From contig DATDHV010000180.1 of the NCBI GenBank assembly GCA_036521395.1, positions 1,881-65,880 on the forward strand: 64,000 nucleotides of DNA, written 5' to 3'. The first letter of the stretch is position 1; every line of letters starts with the position of its first letter. The notes under the pieces were generated by a model. It saw only the letters and a list, made by a program, of their open reading frames with translations, had not been told where the DNA came from and made no database searches. A program made the translations under genes and the position numbers. Source of the stretch: Steroidobacteraceae bacterium (GTDB taxonomy: Bacteria > Pseudomonadota > Gammaproteobacteria > Steroidobacterales > Steroidobacteraceae). This document shows positions 62,157-64,000 of the stretch, piece after piece.

Positions 62157-63137
62157 ATGGCCATGCTCGAGGATTGGGAGTTGCCTGAAGCCGTGCAGCC
62201 GCGGCAGGGGGATCTGCGGTTCGATCTGCAGGTCGTCTATCGCTCGGTCGTGCTGCTGCATACCGAGACCAGCGAGGATGCCTACACGGCATCGATCTTG
62301 GGCACCGATCGCCTGGGCCATGGTGTGGTGATTCGCGGCGGCGGTCGCAATCTAGTGCTCACGATCGGCTATCTGATCACCGAGGCCGAATCGATCTGGC
62401 TCACCGACCACGACGGCCGCGTGGTCGAGGCCTGTCCGCTGGCTTTCGATTCGGTCAGCGGCTTCGGGCTGGTGCAACCTCTGGGGACGCTCGACACGCC
62501 GGCGCTCGAGCGCGGCTCATCGAGCACGCTGGCGGTGGGAGATCGCGTCATCATCGTTGGGCACGGTGGGGCGCGCCATTCGCTCGAGGCGCGTCTGATC
62601 GCGCGCCGCGAATTCGCCGGCTACTGGGAGTATCTGCTCGAGGAGGCGCTGTTCACGGCCCCACCGCACCCGCAGTGGGGCGGCACCGCGCTGGTGGACG
62701 AGAACGGCTTGCTGCTGGGCATCGGCTCGCTGTTCGTGGAGGAATCCATGGCCCAGGAGCGCTTCGACGCCAACATGTTCGTGCCGGTGGAATTGCTCGC
62801 GCCGGTATTGGAGGAGATGATCGAGCTCGGCCATCCGCGCCGGCCGCCGCGGCCGTGGCTCGGGATCTACACCGCCGAGCAGTCCGACCACGTGATAGTC
62901 GCCGGGCTCACCCGCGACGGGCCGGCGCACCGCGCCGGATTGCGCCCGGGGGATCTGATCATGGAGGTTGCCGGCCAGCGCGTATTCTCGCTGCCGCAGT
63001 TCCTGCGCGGCGTATGGAGCAGCGGCGCCGCGGGCGCACAGGTGTCGCTGACGCTCGCTCGCGGCCGCGAATCGCTGCACGTCAACGTGCACTCGGCCAG
63101 CCGCGAGGATTTCCTCAAGCAGCCCCTCAAGCACTAG
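62157..63137 (+). CDS. Trypsin-fold (S1C/HtrA-like) + PDZ domain protein, apparently lacking the catalytic triad and a signal peptide
   Basis: 326 aa. The protease-fold region has GYLITEA (His position), SGFGLVQ (Asp position) and PQWGGTALVDENGLLLGIGS (Ser position). PDZ-like C-terminus (GLRPGDLIMEVAGQRV). Confidence 0.7.
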   Translation: MAMLEDWELPEAVQPRQGDLRFDLQVVYRSVVLLHTETSEDAYTASILGTDRLGHGVVIRGGGRNLVLTIGYLITEAESIWLTDHDGRVVEACPLAFDSVSGFGLVQPLGTLDTPALERGSSSTLAVGDRVIIVGHGGARHSLEARLIARREFAGYWEYLLEEALFTAPPHPQWGGTALVDENGLLLGIGSLFVEESMAQERFDANMFVPVELLAPVLEEMIELGHPRRPPRPWLGIYTAEQSDHVIVAGLTRDGPAHRAGLRPGDLIMEVAGQRVFSLPQFLRGVWSSGAAGAQVSLTLARGRESLHVNVHSASREDFLKQPLKH

Positions 63138-63142
63138 TCCGC

Positions 63143-63703
63143 TCAGGGGCCAGGTACGGCGGACTCCGGGCCGGCGAGCTCGCGCAGCTCGCGACGGTAG
63201 GTGCACATGCGGGCGCGGTAGTGGGCCGCACCGTGGCGGATCATCGCCAGATCCGCATCAGTCACCTCGCGCACGAGTTTTGCCGGCGCGCCCATCACCA
63301 CGGAACCGTCGGGGATTTCCCGGTCCGGGGGCACCAACGAGCCGGCGGCAATGATGCAGTGCCGCCCGATGCAGGCTCGATCCAGCACGATCGCGCCGTT
63401 GCCGATCAGCGTTTCATCGCCGATGCGGCAGCTGTGCAGCAGCACCCTGTGCCCGATCGTCACCTCGCGCCCGATGAGGGCGGGCGCGCCGGCATCACAG
63501 TGAACGACGGTCGCGTCCTGGACGTTGCTGCCGGCCCCAATCTCGATGATCTCGTCGTCGGCCCGCAGCACGCAGTTGAACCAGACGCTGGCGCCGGCGC
63601 GCAATATCACCGAGCCGATCAGGCGGGCGCCCGGCGCCACGTAGAAATCATCGCCAGCGGTCTGCGGCCGCCGCTCACCCAGCGCATAGAGTCCGGCATG
63701 CAT
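63143..63703 (-). CDS. Gamma-carbonic-anhydrase-like / hexapeptide-repeat (LbH) protein
   Basis: Start moved to ATG 63703 (MHAGLYALGERRPQTAGDDFYVAPGARLIGSV). Left-handed beta-helix repeats and the His residues typical of the YrdA/PaaY-like family. Confidence 0.85.
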   Translation of the reverse strand: MHAGLYALGERRPQTAGDDFYVAPGARLIGSVILRAGASVWFNCVLRADDEIIEIGAGSNVQDATVVHCDAGAPALIGREVTIGHRVLLHSCRIGDETLIGNGAIVLDRACIGRHCIIAAGSLVPPDREIPDGSVVMGAPAKLVREVTDADLAMIRHGAAHYRARMCTYRRELRELAGPESAVPGP

Positions 63704-63726
63704 GACTTGACCAACCTCAGGAAAAC

Positions 63727-64000
63727 CTATGCCCCGCCGACTGCGTCCGCGCGGTGCCGGCGCTGCGCCGCCAGCATGCACCACGCGGCCTGCAGCGTCA
63801 CCAGCCCGCCCACCAGGAAGGGTGCGCCGGGGCCGAAGCACTGGAACACCGGTCCCGACACGAACGGCGCGATGACGCGCGCCAGCGAGCTGCCGAGCTG
63901 ATAGGTGCCGAGCACAGCGCCGCGGTTGTGCGGCTGCGCCTCGTGCGAGGCCAGCGCGGAGCCGCTCGGGGTGTACGCGCCGGCTCCGAGGCCACACAAC
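63727..64000 (-). CDS. Probable MFS transporter, C-terminal fragment (N-terminus beyond the right window edge)
   Basis: Hydrophobic C-terminal segment AVLGTYQLGSSLARVIAPFVSGPVF..GAPFLVGGLVTLQAAW. The reading frame is open to the window edge. Confidence 0.5.
   Translation of the reverse strand, partial: LCGLGAGAYTPSGSALASHEAQPHNRGAVLGTYQLGSSLARVIAPFVSGPVFQCFGPGAPFLVGGLVTLQAAWCMLAAQRRHRADAVGGA

Overview
High-GC proteobacterial chromosome window; the gene order looks gammaproteobacterial. About 60 CDS, one tRNA and one riboswitch are supported. No rRNA, CRISPR array, IS element, transposase or prophage genes were seen.

Positions ~17.3-64 kb are core housekeeping genes: guaBA divergent from xseA; der-bamB-yfgM-hisS-rodZ-pilW-rlmN-ndk; iscA, an IscU-like gene, iscS and trmJ divergent from suhB; tRNA-Leu-queA-tgt-yajC-secDF-terC; fdxA; dsbC-xerD; plsC; zapE. 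This part also holds a MarR gene followed by 2-oxoacid dehydrogenase E1ab/E2 and a 1600-aa NAD-glutamate dehydrogenase, then gpmA, then a thiamine-salvage locus with a clear TPP riboswitch in front of a TonB-dependent receptor.

Positions 1-17.2 kb are the interesting part. They form a visibly lower-GC accessory island that abuts guaA and is transcribed almost entirely on the minus strand. It encodes an HD-domain protein; a TonB-dependent receptor, a quinohemoprotein PQQ dehydrogenase and two secreted VOC paralogues; a seven-gene operon joined only by 4-bp overlaps; and a MarR regulator divergent from an MFS-aldehyde dehydrogenase pair. The seven-gene operon contains an ornithine-cyclodeaminase-like gene, two aconitase-family LeuC/LeuD-like pairs (one lacking all three Fe-S cysteines), and two M24 proteins with degenerate metal ligands.

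Four copies of a conserved ~14-20 bp box (core AGTryrCTGAGyAw) lie 66-86 bp upstream of each of the four minus-strand transcription units. This suggests one regulon for an unidentified substrate. Many long antisense or alternative-frame ORFs in the track are high-GC artefacts and were rejected. Several gene starts were moved inward from the ORF-track maxima by eye, using RBS, homologue N-termini and 4-bp overlaps.
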